A DNA stretch of 64,000 bases from a virus, in IMG/VR virus record IMGVR_UViG_3300035703_000077, positions 4,390 through 68,389 of that record. One strand, written 5' to 3'. Of this stretch, positions 21,065 through 31,533 are shown piece after piece (the stretch's first letter is position 1; every line of letters begins with the position of its first letter). The notes below the pieces were generated by a model. The model saw nothing but the letters and a program-made list of their open reading frames with translations. It searched no databases and had not been told where the DNA came from. A program made the position numbers and the translations under genes.

Positions 21065-22318
21065 TTATAGTATTTTTTCATAGGGTTCGCTCCAACCAAG
21101 TTTTTCATCATACAAATACATTAAAATTTTGTATGGTTCTTGTTGACTAGAAAATCTAGCCAAATAATAATTTTCAATCAAATTAACTTGGTTTGGGTCA
21201 GTATTTATATTAAAATCTTTTCTATACAACTCTACATCATTTTTTGATAAAACACCCAAGGTTAAAAATTGTTTATTTTTAAAATCCAATTTAGAAAAAA
21301 ATCCTAAATCCCACGTAATTCCAATTTCGTGTTTTTTTGATATAAAACCACTTTCCCAATCTCCTGTATATGGTGGTTCATTTACTTTTAAAGTATAATC
21401 GTGTATTCTACATTTTTTGAAATCAAATCCACCATAAACTTCATAATCACGCAATGTTCTAACATCACCAAGACCATAAATCCCCATATCTATACCATTA
21501 TCTTCAGTGCCAAATAATTGTCTAGTTTTTTTACGGGCAAATATGTCACGCTCCCCACTTGTTTTTTTGGTTTCACTTTGGCTTCCGTGATCTTCCCAAT
21601 GTTTTGGTCTGTAATTTCGTGTATACTCGTGCCACATTACCATTCTATACGGTGAGTACATATCCCACCCGTGTGTAAATGCACGAACTGATAAAGTGGT
21701 TTCTTCAGTATATCCACCAAAATATATATCCGGATCATACGGAACTTCTTTTATAAAATAACCCCAAGTAAAGTAAAAGTGACCACTTATAGTTCTAGCT
21801 TTTATAACACGATTTCTTTGTTTATGATCTTGAATATACCAAGGCATACTCATTAAAAGTTTGTCAGAACTAAATTCGTATTGAGACATTAAAGATGGTA
21901 TCAAATCCCACGTAGGTCTATCTTTTGTTGGGTCAAACGGAGTGCAATACGTTGTTATTATTGGTTTTGGGGATTCTTCTAATGCCTGTTTAAAATCTTC
22001 TAATACAATTTCATCCCATCCCATTACAAATCTATGGTGTGAGTCAATTTGAAGTGTATATTCCTCATCATCGTACAATGAATTGGTCACTGATCGTGCC
22101 CACCCAAGTCCTTCCGACTTTGAATAGTGATATTTAGCTATTCTAAATCGTGGGTCATTATCGTATCTATTTATATCTTCGGTCTCGTCGTATTGCCAAC
22201 AAATTCCAAATGTTAAATTTTCTGGATTCTTGGCACGCTCCAACATATCTTCTATTGTTGGTATTAATTGTGGGTCTCTATAACTTGCGATTTGTACAAA
22301 TATTTTATCTTTCTTCAT
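21065..22318 (-). CDS. GT60-like polypeptide/hydroxyproline GlcNAc transferase (Skp1 GlcNAc-T family)
   Basis: IFVQIASYRDP, LQIDSHHRF (DSH), VPYDP..YF...EE, RAFTHGWD, MWHEY. Confidence 0.82.
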   Translation of the reverse strand: MKKDKIFVQIASYRDPQLIPTIEDMLERAKNPENLTFGICWQYDETEDINRYDNDPRFRIAKYHYSKSEGLGWARSVTNSLYDDEEYTLQIDSHHRFVMGWDEIVLEDFKQALEESPKPIITTYCTPFDPTKDRPTWDLIPSLMSQYEFSSDKLLMSMPWYIQDHKQRNRVIKARTISGHFYFTWGYFIKEVPYDPDIYFGGYTEETTLSVRAFTHGWDMYSPYRMVMWHEYTRNYRPKHWEDHGSQSETKKTSGERDIFARKKTRQLFGTEDNGIDMGIYGLGDVRTLRDYEVYGGFDFKKCRIHDYTLKVNEPPYTGDWESGFISKKHEIGITWDLGFFSKLDFKNKQFLTLGVLSKNDVELYRKDFNINTDPNQVNLIENYYLARFSSQQEPYKILMYLYDEKLGWSEPYEKIL

Positions 22319-22378
22319 TATAACTTTGGTTTAGATTGTATATATAAATATATGAATTTTATTTTATACAAAAATTAT

Positions 22379-25300
22379 TTAACAGCCATAACATATTTTC
22401 CCAATTAGTTGATTTACTTGATGTGTCAAACTTTCAATTTGACATTGTTGTTGTTGAATTGCATTAGTTAAAACAGAAACAATAACAGGATAGTTTATAC
22501 CGAGTATACATCCGCCCGTAACAACTTCGGGTATAAATGGTTTAACTTGTTGTGCAATAAAACCTATATTTTTATGTTTTTCTTCATCATTTTTCATAGT
22601 GTATGTAACGGGTTTTAATTTCATAACATCACATAATCCATAACATATTCTACTAATATTTTCTTTTAATCTAATATCTGAATAATTTACCCAATTTACC
22701 CCACATCCAACATTAGCTATCCATATATTACACCCACCACATATATCACGGCACACACGTAAGCATCCACATACAAATACACTCTCACATGAAATTAAAC
22801 AATTATACGTTGTTATCGTATTTTTAGATAATATAGTTCCACATGTACAAAAATCGCCACAAGATGTTATTTTAGCACATTCATATCCAAAAAAGGGTAA
22901 TGTATGAAATGAAACACTACCACTAACAATACATACATTATTACTAAGTGTTGTAATACCATCAATATCCACACAACCACATATACAAGTATTACCACCT
23001 GAATCAACTTGAAAATCGTGCCATTGACTTACAGTAATAAATCTTGGAATTTTAAGTGTATTTGAACCTATGTCAGTTGCAAACATCGAACCATTGCAAT
23101 TCATATATATATTATTAGAATATAATTCATCACTTCGTATTTCAAATCCACCTATACACCCACACGTTGCTTGAATAATACCACATATTCTTGTATTACT
23201 ACCTAATATAATGGATCCACCTGTCGTATAACTTATTCCACAATTACCATTTAATTTAAATCCACTTGTAGTCCAAAAATTATCAGCATCTATACAAAAT
23301 GAATTTGCTGTAACATTACCACTTACGGTTGCCGACGTTGCAATAAGAGAACCATTCATACAAACTCTAAATGGTGCAGTTGAAAATGTACCAGAACCAA
23401 GATAAATGCCATTAGAATCGGCTGTGAATGAATTTGGAGCAGTTCCTATTCTAATAGTTGAGCCACAAATAGTACCACCAGATATATTTGGTGAACAAAT
23501 ACAAGCATTTGCTACTAGAGAGTTTGCAGTTATGTTACCACTAACAGTTAAATTAGTTCCATCCCACAATAAGCAATTAGATGCAGATTTAAGAGATAAT
23601 TTTGGTGTATTCGCATCATAACCTATAAAAATGCCATTAGTATTATATGCAGTTGCCAACATCCTAATTTTTGGATTGCAATATGTTGGAAAATTTGCAT
23701 CTATTGCTATTATATTTAAACTACCAGAAGTACCCACATTTATAGTTCTGTTTGCGTAAACATCTTGTGCAAATAATATATCAGTTGCTACTGATTGTAG
23801 GGTACAACCAAATGACCTCCAATTAGTATTAGTTCCAGATGGTGCACACCAAAAGAATCCGCAACACCCATCTAGTGATGTGTTATTAGTTTGCCAATAA
23901 CAAGAGCTATATGATACAACATCACGTCTTATGCAATTGTGAAAGAATAATTTACTATTATCCCAATCACCTTGATAAAATACACCAGTACCATCACCAT
24001 CTGTACCAGATCTAACTTTATTAAGTGTAATGTTGTCGTTAATTACACGCAACGTACCTTCAGAATCACAAACAGAAGCAGTCACATTTAATACTATACT
24101 TGGTACATTGGTAGCTAAACACGCTGCACCAAAATTTATAGTTCCCAGTGTGGGATTGTAAGTTGGAGCCACACTCAATGATTGTGAGGTTGAAGTTAGT
24201 GATACTAATGTTAAAGGTTTTGCAGATCCTGTATAAAATTCATTTGCAACTACTGTAACTGTACTGAAATTTTCTATCTGCACACAACTAGCATTTGCGG
24301 AGACCGATTGTGCTTTTGGATTTGACAATAATGAAACTTGAGGTGCGTTTATTCTTGATTTTGCATAATAAACAACTCTTTCTGTTGTAGTCAATATCCC
24401 ATTTGGATCTCGGTAATCAATATTTATATTTAATGTCGCATTTTCAGTTGAAATTGAACTTATACCATACACATTAGTGGTAGGTACCGCTTGTAATGGT
24501 GTTGCTCCAGAACCAGTTACAGTATATCTAAATTTACCATTTGATAAATTTGATACATCTGCCACATATTCAAAATCAACCAAATCGTTTCCACTATATA
24601 CAATAACAGAACCTGTTGATGTGGTAATACCACTTTGAACCACACCAATAGAATTTGCAGGTAATACAAAGTTTGAATTTGATACTGTTATAACTAATGG
24701 GGGTGCCGCATCTGTTAATCTAAATATTGTAGTGGAACTTGTATCACCATCCACCGTAGCAGTATAGCTTATAGACGAAACCTTAACATCACTACGTGAT
24801 CCTGTAAAATTTGTAATGGATAATTCAGCGGACGTATCTGTTACATTTATTAATAAACCAGGATATTGACCACCTGCATAACTTGCAGATGTGAGTAATG
24901 CACCGTTCTCATCAAATGCAGATGATGCAAATGTAGTAGAACCAGAATATCCTTGTCTAATTAATGTTAAATTAATATCGTTTTGAACCAATGGTGATGG
25001 TTCATTTTTATAATCAAATCTAAATGCTATATTATCGGAAGTCAAACTTAATTGTTTAGCCAACCCAGCAACGTCATTCCCACCAGTAAATTGTTTAGAC
25101 CGCTCAACTAAAACGGGTATGTAGTTATTATTTATATCATAAAATTCAAACCTAAAGTCAAAAGTTTCGTTAAATAACTTTCGTGGAATTTGTTGAATAA
25201 ATGTGATCTCATCGGGTGAGAACGAAGTTTCCTGCGATGCCTTTAAACTAACATTTGCCAAAAACCAACTTGTTGGTATAGTTACAGACGAATCTAAATC

Positions 25301-26722
25301 ACCAACAACCTCAAACACCAATTTACCATCACCTGTACTAATTGGTATAAAGTTTATATTAACATCGGTTTTCGTTAAATATTCATTTGAATATTTTATA
25401 GTTCCTATCTCTTGCAAATACTCGGATGAACTTATATACGTTTTTATGTAAGACGTATCACTGCGAGAGCCACTATACAAAACTTTATAAGATAATGAAT
25501 ATTCACTATCTTTTGTAAATGTAAAATCATCTTTAGTTATTACTTTTTGAAAGCTACCACTCTGTGGGTTAAAATCTATTTGAATAGAATTTAATAAATT
25601 TGAAGAGTTTAATGATATCGGGTGATCGATGCTGCTACTTTCCCAATACGTGTCAAAATTAGTTCCATAGAAGTTACCATAATAAACTTCGGTAGCATTA
25701 CTTGCCGTATAGTCTAATAAAAATTCAGTTGCCTCTAATTTAATATCTTGAACTAATTGGAAATCTTCTAATAAACTTCTTGACTTTCTGAATACTTTAA
25801 CTCTGGCAACGTCACCAACAAAGGTTCCTAATCTGCGTAATATGAACTTACCAAATGAACTTAAAGTTGATGAATTTGTTACCGTTTCATTTTCAAAATA
25901 CTCAAATGATGATGTATATGATGCTGATACAAAATTGCTGACTACGTTAGAATTACCAACTATAGTCGTGTATGGTTTATCAACTAATAATTCTCTTTCA
26001 TTTAATACCTCAATAACACTTGCAGAATAGTCTAGAGATGGTATTGTAATTATATTGTCCTGAATGGATGATGTCCAATTTGGACCAGATGATGTGCGTA
26101 GTTTATATAAAGTTCCACCACTATACCCATCCAAAAATATACCAGCATTTGGTATTTCTGCTATACCATCCACCGAACCGCTTTGAGTTATAGTTGGAAC
26201 ATCTATATTAAAAATTGGTTTTACAATTTCGTCTATTTGAATAGTGGGTCTATAATAAAATCTAACCTTATCTTCATTTGCTAAATTTCTATTTATTTTA
26301 AAACGTCTTTTCCACTTTACATTATATTTACCACGCCACTCATCTGGAACATTTCTTTTTATACCATTTTCATCTACGTAAGTTTTTAATTCTGCTAATA
26401 TAGTTATATTGGCTTCACCTATCGGTGTATCTTCATAAACGTGAACGGAAACTACTTTAGATAAACCTTCGTAGTATTCAGGTATCCCATCACCTAATTC
26501 TATGTATACATTGTTACCATTTACATCTTTAATTTCAAGTAAAACATCCGTACTTTCTCTTAAATGATCAGTTCCCTCAATAATAAATCCGTTTTTACCA
26601 CCAGTAAAAACATCTCTAAATTCATTTACTTTTAAGTAAAATGAATTAGGGTCTATATCGTTAATAAAAGTTGAATATTTATCTAAATTTAAATTAGTTC
26701 CGTATTTCTTTATTCTAGACAT
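22379..26722 (-). CDS. Baseplate-attached tail fibre with Cys-rich distal half and peptidase-S74 intramolecular chaperone
   Basis: C-terminal SDIRLKENI...LKPVTY...IGFIAQQV...NY...LTNAIQ followed by a coiled coil; Ser/Thr/Gly-rich beta repeats. Confidence 0.85.
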   Translation of the reverse strand: MSRIKKYGTNLNLDKYSTFINDIDPNSFYLKVNEFRDVFTGGKNGFIIEGTDHLRESTDVLLEIKDVNGNNVYIELGDGIPEYYEGLSKVVSVHVYEDTPIGEANITILAELKTYVDENGIKRNVPDEWRGKYNVKWKRRFKINRNLANEDKVRFYYRPTIQIDEIVKPIFNIDVPTITQSGSVDGIAEIPNAGIFLDGYSGGTLYKLRTSSGPNWTSSIQDNIITIPSLDYSASVIEVLNERELLVDKPYTTIVGNSNVVSNFVSASYTSSFEYFENETVTNSSTLSSFGKFILRRLGTFVGDVARVKVFRKSRSLLEDFQLVQDIKLEATEFLLDYTASNATEVYYGNFYGTNFDTYWESSSIDHPISLNSSNLLNSIQIDFNPQSGSFQKVITKDDFTFTKDSEYSLSYKVLYSGSRSDTSYIKTYISSSEYLQEIGTIKYSNEYLTKTDVNINFIPISTGDGKLVFEVVGDLDSSVTIPTSWFLANVSLKASQETSFSPDEITFIQQIPRKLFNETFDFRFEFYDINNNYIPVLVERSKQFTGGNDVAGLAKQLSLTSDNIAFRFDYKNEPSPLVQNDINLTLIRQGYSGSTTFASSAFDENGALLTSASYAGGQYPGLLINVTDTSAELSITNFTGSRSDVKVSSISYTATVDGDTSSTTIFRLTDAAPPLVITVSNSNFVLPANSIGVVQSGITTSTGSVIVYSGNDLVDFEYVADVSNLSNGKFRYTVTGSGATPLQAVPTTNVYGISSISTENATLNINIDYRDPNGILTTTERVVYYAKSRINAPQVSLLSNPKAQSVSANASCVQIENFSTVTVVANEFYTGSAKPLTLVSLTSTSQSLSVAPTYNPTLGTINFGAACLATNVPSIVLNVTASVCDSEGTLRVINDNITLNKVRSGTDGDGTGVFYQGDWDNSKLFFHNCIRRDVVSYSSCYWQTNNTSLDGCCGFFWCAPSGTNTNWRSFGCTLQSVATDILFAQDVYANRTINVGTSGSLNIIAIDANFPTYCNPKIRMLATAYNTNGIFIGYDANTPKLSLKSASNCLLWDGTNLTVSGNITANSLVANACICSPNISGGTICGSTIRIGTAPNSFTADSNGIYLGSGTFSTAPFRVCMNGSLIATSATVSGNVTANSFCIDADNFWTTSGFKLNGNCGISYTTGGSIILGSNTRICGIIQATCGCIGGFEIRSDELYSNNIYMNCNGSMFATDIGSNTLKIPRFITVSQWHDFQVDSGGNTCICGCVDIDGITTLSNNVCIVSGSVSFHTLPFFGYECAKITSCGDFCTCGTILSKNTITTYNCLISCESVFVCGCLRVCRDICGGCNIWIANVGCGVNWVNYSDIRLKENISRICYGLCDVMKLKPVTYTMKNDEEKHKNIGFIAQQVKPFIPEVVTGGCILGINYPVIVSVLTNAIQQQQCQIESLTHQVNQLIGKICYGC

Positions 26723-26749
26723 ACATATAAATATACATAACCCTATAAA

Positions 26750-29700
26750 TTAAAAATTAATATAGCTAAATTCACCCTTTTTTCTTATTTCCATTATTGA
26801 GTCCACAAAATCTCGTGCGATGTCCAAGTGTGAAATTAAAATGATAAAATCAAATTGAGTTTTTAAATATGAAAACATCAAGAATATAGATTGCAAATTT
26901 TCACCATCCAAAGTCCCTAATCCCTCATCTATAATTAGAAAATTGGGTCTTGGTAGGTTGCACAAATTTATAAGTGCAATTCTAATAGCCAACCCACCAA
27001 CAAATCGCTCCATACCACTACTCATTTCTAATGGCCATTTCTGGTCAGAGTACACGATATAAGCATTAATAGTTTTACCATCCATTTCTAGTTCAATTGT
27101 AAAATCTACAATCTGTGTCAGTATATTATTTATTTCTTGCTCTATTATAGGAATTGCTTTTGATATTAGATTGTATGGAACCCCATTTCGGCTTATGCTG
27201 TCTAAATAATATTCATATAATTTTGCAGTTTGGACTAATTCTTCATATTCTAAAATGTTTTTTTCAATTGATTTTAGCTCTGCTTTTAATTCATTATTCT
27301 TTGTTTGAGCTTTTAACATTTCTTGCTGTAGTTTATCAATAGATTTGTCTTGCTCTTTTATTTTTAATGTCACCTCACCAATTTGCGTTTCTATTATAGC
27401 ATTAGATTTTATAGTATTCTCGTTTTTATAAAAATTACCGATATTTCGTTCTATTGTTTCAAGGGTGGATCCTAATGTATGTAGCAATAAATTTAATTCG
27501 CTTTTGGATTGATTTAAGTGTATTAAATTATTTTTTGCAGTATCCAATTCATTTAACAAATCATTATATTCATTCCACGTTACTTTAACATAAGATAGTT
27601 TATCAATACTATCCTCTATTGGTCTCAATTCACTCATTTTAACATCAATATGAGCTTTAATTTCTTCTATTGTTGTCTGTATAGTTTCTTTTTTGTCAAT
27701 AACAGATTTTGAATTTTTAACACATATACTGCAATCTGGGTTATATTCGTGCTCATTCAAATGAGCCATTGTATCTTCATTTGAGTTTAATTTATAAACT
27801 AATTTGTCCAATTCAGTATGCAAAGATGCGGACAATGCATTTAATTCATTTAGTTTGTTATATTCAATTTCAATAGTAGAATAGTCGGTATCCTTTTTTA
27901 GTCGCAGTTCGGTTTCTAGTTTCTCAAAATTAATTATTGATAATTCTGTTTCATTTAATTTTGTTTTAACGTCATCTGTTTCAGTTTCTTTATTTTGTTT
28001 ATCTTTTAGTAGCTTATCAATATTAAATGATTCAACATTTAGAGGAACTATCTGCTTATTTAGATCTGCAAGTTGGTCAATATTAACTTGTCTATCTAAC
28101 TTGAATGTGTCAAGTTTAGTTTGCAAGTCTGTCTGTAATTGTTTATTTTCAACCAGTTCAACATCTATGTCTTTTATCCTATCACTATAATCTATATTTT
28201 CATATCGCTCAAGCAGTGCGTTTGTTTTTTTATTATTTTCCAAAACCAAATCGTATAACTTATCAAAGACATCTATACCAATAAATTGTGATAATATGTC
28301 CTTACGCTCGCTTTGTGACTTATCAATAAATAAAGAATTGTTACCTTGCAAAGATAGTGTGGTTAAAATAAAATCATCATATTTACCAATATAATATTCT
28401 ATTTTGTCATTCGTGTCACGTCTGTGCTCACCATTTAATGATTCTACATTACCATCATACTCTCTCCAAAAATTAACATCAACTCGCACACCAGTTTTCG
28501 TTTTTTTAGCATATCGCTCCACGTAATAATCGGTATTGTTTATTTGAAAATGAAACTTACAATAGAAATTATCTCTTTGATTATTCATTATATGCTGCGC
28601 CTTAAATGCACGAGAACATTTATCAAATATACAAAATGACAGAGCATCCCACACCGATGATTTACCCTGTGCGTTTGGTGCGAACAAACCTATCAATCCT
28701 GTTGCTTTGTTAAAATGTATTTTGTTACCATCGCCATACGAAAACATATTTGAAAATTCAAATGTTTTTGGAATCCAAACAATACGATCTAAATATGACT
28801 CGTTTGAATTTAGCTTGTTATTAAATTGAACGTTTAAATCGTATATCTTATCTAGTGCATCTTGATTTAAGCCATATGAGTCTTTTAAATAGTCACCAAT
28901 CAATTTATTTTGAAAAACTACATCTCTAACATTACCTATTAGGGATGAATCTATTGATGAACTTGATTTTAGTGAATTTAGTGTATCCATTCTAGTAACA
29001 CTAACTTCAACCTCATCAAACATACTCTTCAACTCTTTTATACAAGATTGGAGCTCAATATTATTTGTATTTTGTATTTTTAATCTAAATCGTATTCGTT
29101 TAGGTAGCTTTACACCGACCTCATCATATACCCATTGTGGTATTTGACCATCTATAATATCTAATGTCAAATAACCATATTCATTATAGATGTTATGCTC
29201 TGTAAAATTTCTATTTTTAATATCCCATAATAAATACCCGTGGTTTTCTAAAAGCTCACCTTGCCCCTGTTGTAATAAACTGCCACAATACACTAATATT
29301 GGTTTATTTAATATCGCATCATATTCCTGTAAGACTTGTCTTCTGTGTATATCCCCGAACATTCCAATGTGGAACCCATCAAAAATATCAGCAGTAAATG
29401 ATTTAGAACTAACAGTATAACCAACATCCGTTTTTGATGAATAAACAGGTCCGTGAAAAAATACTATTTTATGATCACCCTCAATATCATTTCCGTGGAT
29501 CCAATTTTCTTTATTATCAAAAATTGAAAAAACTGATATAGTCAAATTACCAACGTTATATACTCCCGTATCCTTTAAGTAAAATAGATTTGAGTGATTT
29601 AGTGATTCTACAATTGGAGATAGAACATCTAGTCGTGATGGATTTAATAAGTTACAATCGTGGTTTCCGGCTATTACAAGAGTTGGTAGTCTATCAGCAC

Positions 29701-29929
29701 ACTCTTTTAAAAACCAACTAACCTCTCTTACCAATTCAGGTGTCATTTCAGTTTTTGCGTGTGCAATGTCTCCGCCAATATACAAAATACTATTTTTTGG
29801 TCTATTATCTAGATCTTGTAAAAATTTGTTAAATACTAATCTATATTCGTTATGTCTCTTTAAATTTCTTATGTGCAAATCAGCAATATGATACACATAA
29901 TCTATTGTTGTGTTATTTAATATTTTCAT
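26750..29929 (-). CDS. Fused Mre11/SbcD nuclease and Rad50/SbcC ATPase (T4 gp47+gp46 equivalent)
   Basis: HIADLH, GGD, GNHD, GDIH; Walker A APNAQGKSS, coiled coil with CSIC hook, SSGME signature, IIDEG, ISH. Confidence 0.92.
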   Translation of the reverse strand: MKILNNTTIDYVYHIADLHIRNLKRHNEYRLVFNKFLQDLDNRPKNSILYIGGDIAHAKTEMTPELVREVSWFLKECADRLPTLVIAGNHDCNLLNPSRLDVLSPIVESLNHSNLFYLKDTGVYNVGNLTISVFSIFDNKENWIHGNDIEGDHKIVFFHGPVYSSKTDVGYTVSSKSFTADIFDGFHIGMFGDIHRRQVLQEYDAILNKPILVYCGSLLQQGQGELLENHGYLLWDIKNRNFTEHNIYNEYGYLTLDIIDGQIPQWVYDEVGVKLPKRIRFRLKIQNTNNIELQSCIKELKSMFDEVEVSVTRMDTLNSLKSSSSIDSSLIGNVRDVVFQNKLIGDYLKDSYGLNQDALDKIYDLNVQFNNKLNSNESYLDRIVWIPKTFEFSNMFSYGDGNKIHFNKATGLIGLFAPNAQGKSSVWDALSFCIFDKCSRAFKAQHIMNNQRDNFYCKFHFQINNTDYYVERYAKKTKTGVRVDVNFWREYDGNVESLNGEHRRDTNDKIEYYIGKYDDFILTTLSLQGNNSLFIDKSQSERKDILSQFIGIDVFDKLYDLVLENNKKTNALLERYENIDYSDRIKDIDVELVENKQLQTDLQTKLDTFKLDRQVNIDQLADLNKQIVPLNVESFNIDKLLKDKQNKETETDDVKTKLNETELSIINFEKLETELRLKKDTDYSTIEIEYNKLNELNALSASLHTELDKLVYKLNSNEDTMAHLNEHEYNPDCSICVKNSKSVIDKKETIQTTIEEIKAHIDVKMSELRPIEDSIDKLSYVKVTWNEYNDLLNELDTAKNNLIHLNQSKSELNLLLHTLGSTLETIERNIGNFYKNENTIKSNAIIETQIGEVTLKIKEQDKSIDKLQQEMLKAQTKNNELKAELKSIEKNILEYEELVQTAKLYEYYLDSISRNGVPYNLISKAIPIIEQEINNILTQIVDFTIELEMDGKTINAYIVYSDQKWPLEMSSGMERFVGGLAIRIALINLCNLPRPNFLIIDEGLGTLDGENLQSIFLMFSYLKTQFDFIILISHLDIARDFVDSIMEIRKKGEFSYINF

Positions 29930-30864
29930 ATTCCTTTTAATTTTACACGGATCATATCATCCCATTGAGTTGCTTTTGTGCTTCTAATTATTTCTTGCGT
30001 CTTAATAAAGCCAAGGTCACTTGGGTCTTTTTCAGTTGGGATGATATTAGTAACTTGTATGCCGTTTTTAGTAAAATAATTTACATATTTATTAGCTTGG
30101 TCTTGGGCATCATTATCTAGCATTATTTTAATTTTTTTTACCTTATTCAAAAAAATAGTTTCCATCAATCGCTTTGATATAAACTTACCAAATAGCGGTA
30201 TGGCGTTTCGTCTAATAGCGATTGCATCAAATACACCTTCACATAATGTAATTTCATATTTCCAATTTATTTGATTTTCAAATCCTATGACGTTTTTGGA
30301 TATAGGTGGGTTTTTATACTTGAAATTAGTTTCATTATATGCACGTGCCATAAAATAATTTAACTGATTATCTTTATCATATGATGGTATTATAATTCTA
30401 TTTTCATATATACCATTTTCACAATATCCTATGTTATATTTGACTATAATATCATCATTTATACCCCTACTTAACAAATAACGTTTGACATAGTCAAAGT
30501 TAGGATCTATTGAAATTTTCTTTTCGTTTAGTTGTTTAAATTCATTTGGTAGTTTTAATTTAACTACCTCTTCTGTTTCAGTTTCTGTACTATTATAATA
30601 ACTAGAACCATATATGGTATTGATAGTACTTATCTTTGAATGATCGCAATTTAACTTACGCAAAAGAAACCCAATAGTATTACCTTTTGAGTTGCATACC
30701 CAACAATGAAATTTTTGACTATTTAAATTTACTTGTAGTTTCTTTTTGTGATGATGACAAAACGGGCAATGATATGCCATTTCATCATTTGGATATGTGG
30801 TGCCTACACCCAATAGAGAATCCAAAATATTAACTACTATTAACTTATCTTTGTGTGAAATCAT
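29926..30864 (-). CDS. DNA primase (Zn finger + TOPRIM)
   Basis: CPFC...CWVC zinc finger, RIIIP, CEGVFDA, LDND, KDPSDLG; likely start MISHKDK at 30864. Confidence 0.9.
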   Translation of the reverse strand: MISHKDKLIVVNILDSLLGVGTTYPNDEMAYHCPFCHHHKKKLQVNLNSQKFHCWVCNSKGNTIGFLLRKLNCDHSKISTINTIYGSSYYNSTETETEEVVKLKLPNEFKQLNEKKISIDPNFDYVKRYLLSRGINDDIIVKYNIGYCENGIYENRIIIPSYDKDNQLNYFMARAYNETNFKYKNPPISKNVIGFENQINWKYEITLCEGVFDAIAIRRNAIPLFGKFISKRLMETIFLNKVKKIKIMLDNDAQDQANKYVNYFTKNGIQVTNIIPTEKDPSDLGFIKTQEIIRSTKATQWDDMIRVKLKGI

Positions 30865-30871
30865 ACAACAC

Positions 30872-30900
30872 AATATAACATAAATTTGTTATTTTGTCAA
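30872..30900 (-). promoter_or_regulatory. Sigma70-type promoter TTGACA-N17-TATATT
   Basis: Perfect -35 at 30895-30900, -10 at 30872-30877, 17-nt spacer, directly upstream of primase. Confidence 0.75.
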
Positions 30901-31311
30901 AAAAATTGTTGTATCTTTATGATAAAACTTACCCAAAATTGTATCATTCCAATATAAATCAGGATGTTCTAAGACCTCATACTTAAACAAATATTTAGTT
31001 TCCAAATATGTGAGTTGTTTTTTACTATATGCAAATTCTAAAATGTATCTAGTAAATTCTGTTTGTTTACCTTCTTTTATCATTTGCTTAATTAGTAAGT
31101 TAGAACCATAATAATTTAACCAATCAGATTCTTTTACAATTTTTCTTTTTCTTTTATATCCTTTTAGCGGGGGTAGTGTTTTTTTGGAGTTTAATAATTT
31201 TTTACCTATGTACTTTTTACCACTATTATGTTCTAATAAATATACAAAACCAATAGCACTTTCAGGTATGTCTGAAAGTGCTTTTATTTCAAGATTATTA
31301 TAATTCCACAT
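30889..31311 (-). CDS. GIY-YIG-like nuclease
   Basis: GFVYLL...KKYIGKK...ESDWLNYYGS...E. Confidence 0.7.
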   Translation of the reverse strand: MWNYNNLEIKALSDIPESAIGFVYLLEHNSGKKYIGKKLLNSKKTLPPLKGYKRKRKIVKESDWLNYYGSNLLIKQMIKEGKQTEFTRYILEFAYSKKQLTYLETKYLFKYEVLEHPDLYWNDTILGKFYHKDTTIFLTK

Positions 31312-31312
31312 A

Positions 31313-31495
31313 TTATTGCGGTTTGCTGTCTGTATATTTTCTTTCGTTTAATTTACCACCACGTGCTTTTTCTAAAGCTGATTCGTTTTTTGATAAATCA
31401 GGTCCACCATCTGCTTCAATTGGTGTTTTATCTTTTGATTTATCTGGTAGCTTATTGAAATCCGATTTTTTATACATATCTAATATAGATGCCAT
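31313..31495 (-). CDS. Small hypothetical protein
   Basis: 60 aa; AAGGAG Shine-Dalgarno upstream. Confidence 0.7.
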   Translation of the reverse strand: MASILDMYKKSDFNKLPDKSKDKTPIEADGGPDLSKNESALEKARGGKLNERKYTDSKPQ

Positions 31496-31533
31496 ATTGT
31501 ATCTCCTTTTATATAATTATTTATTTTTTTTAT

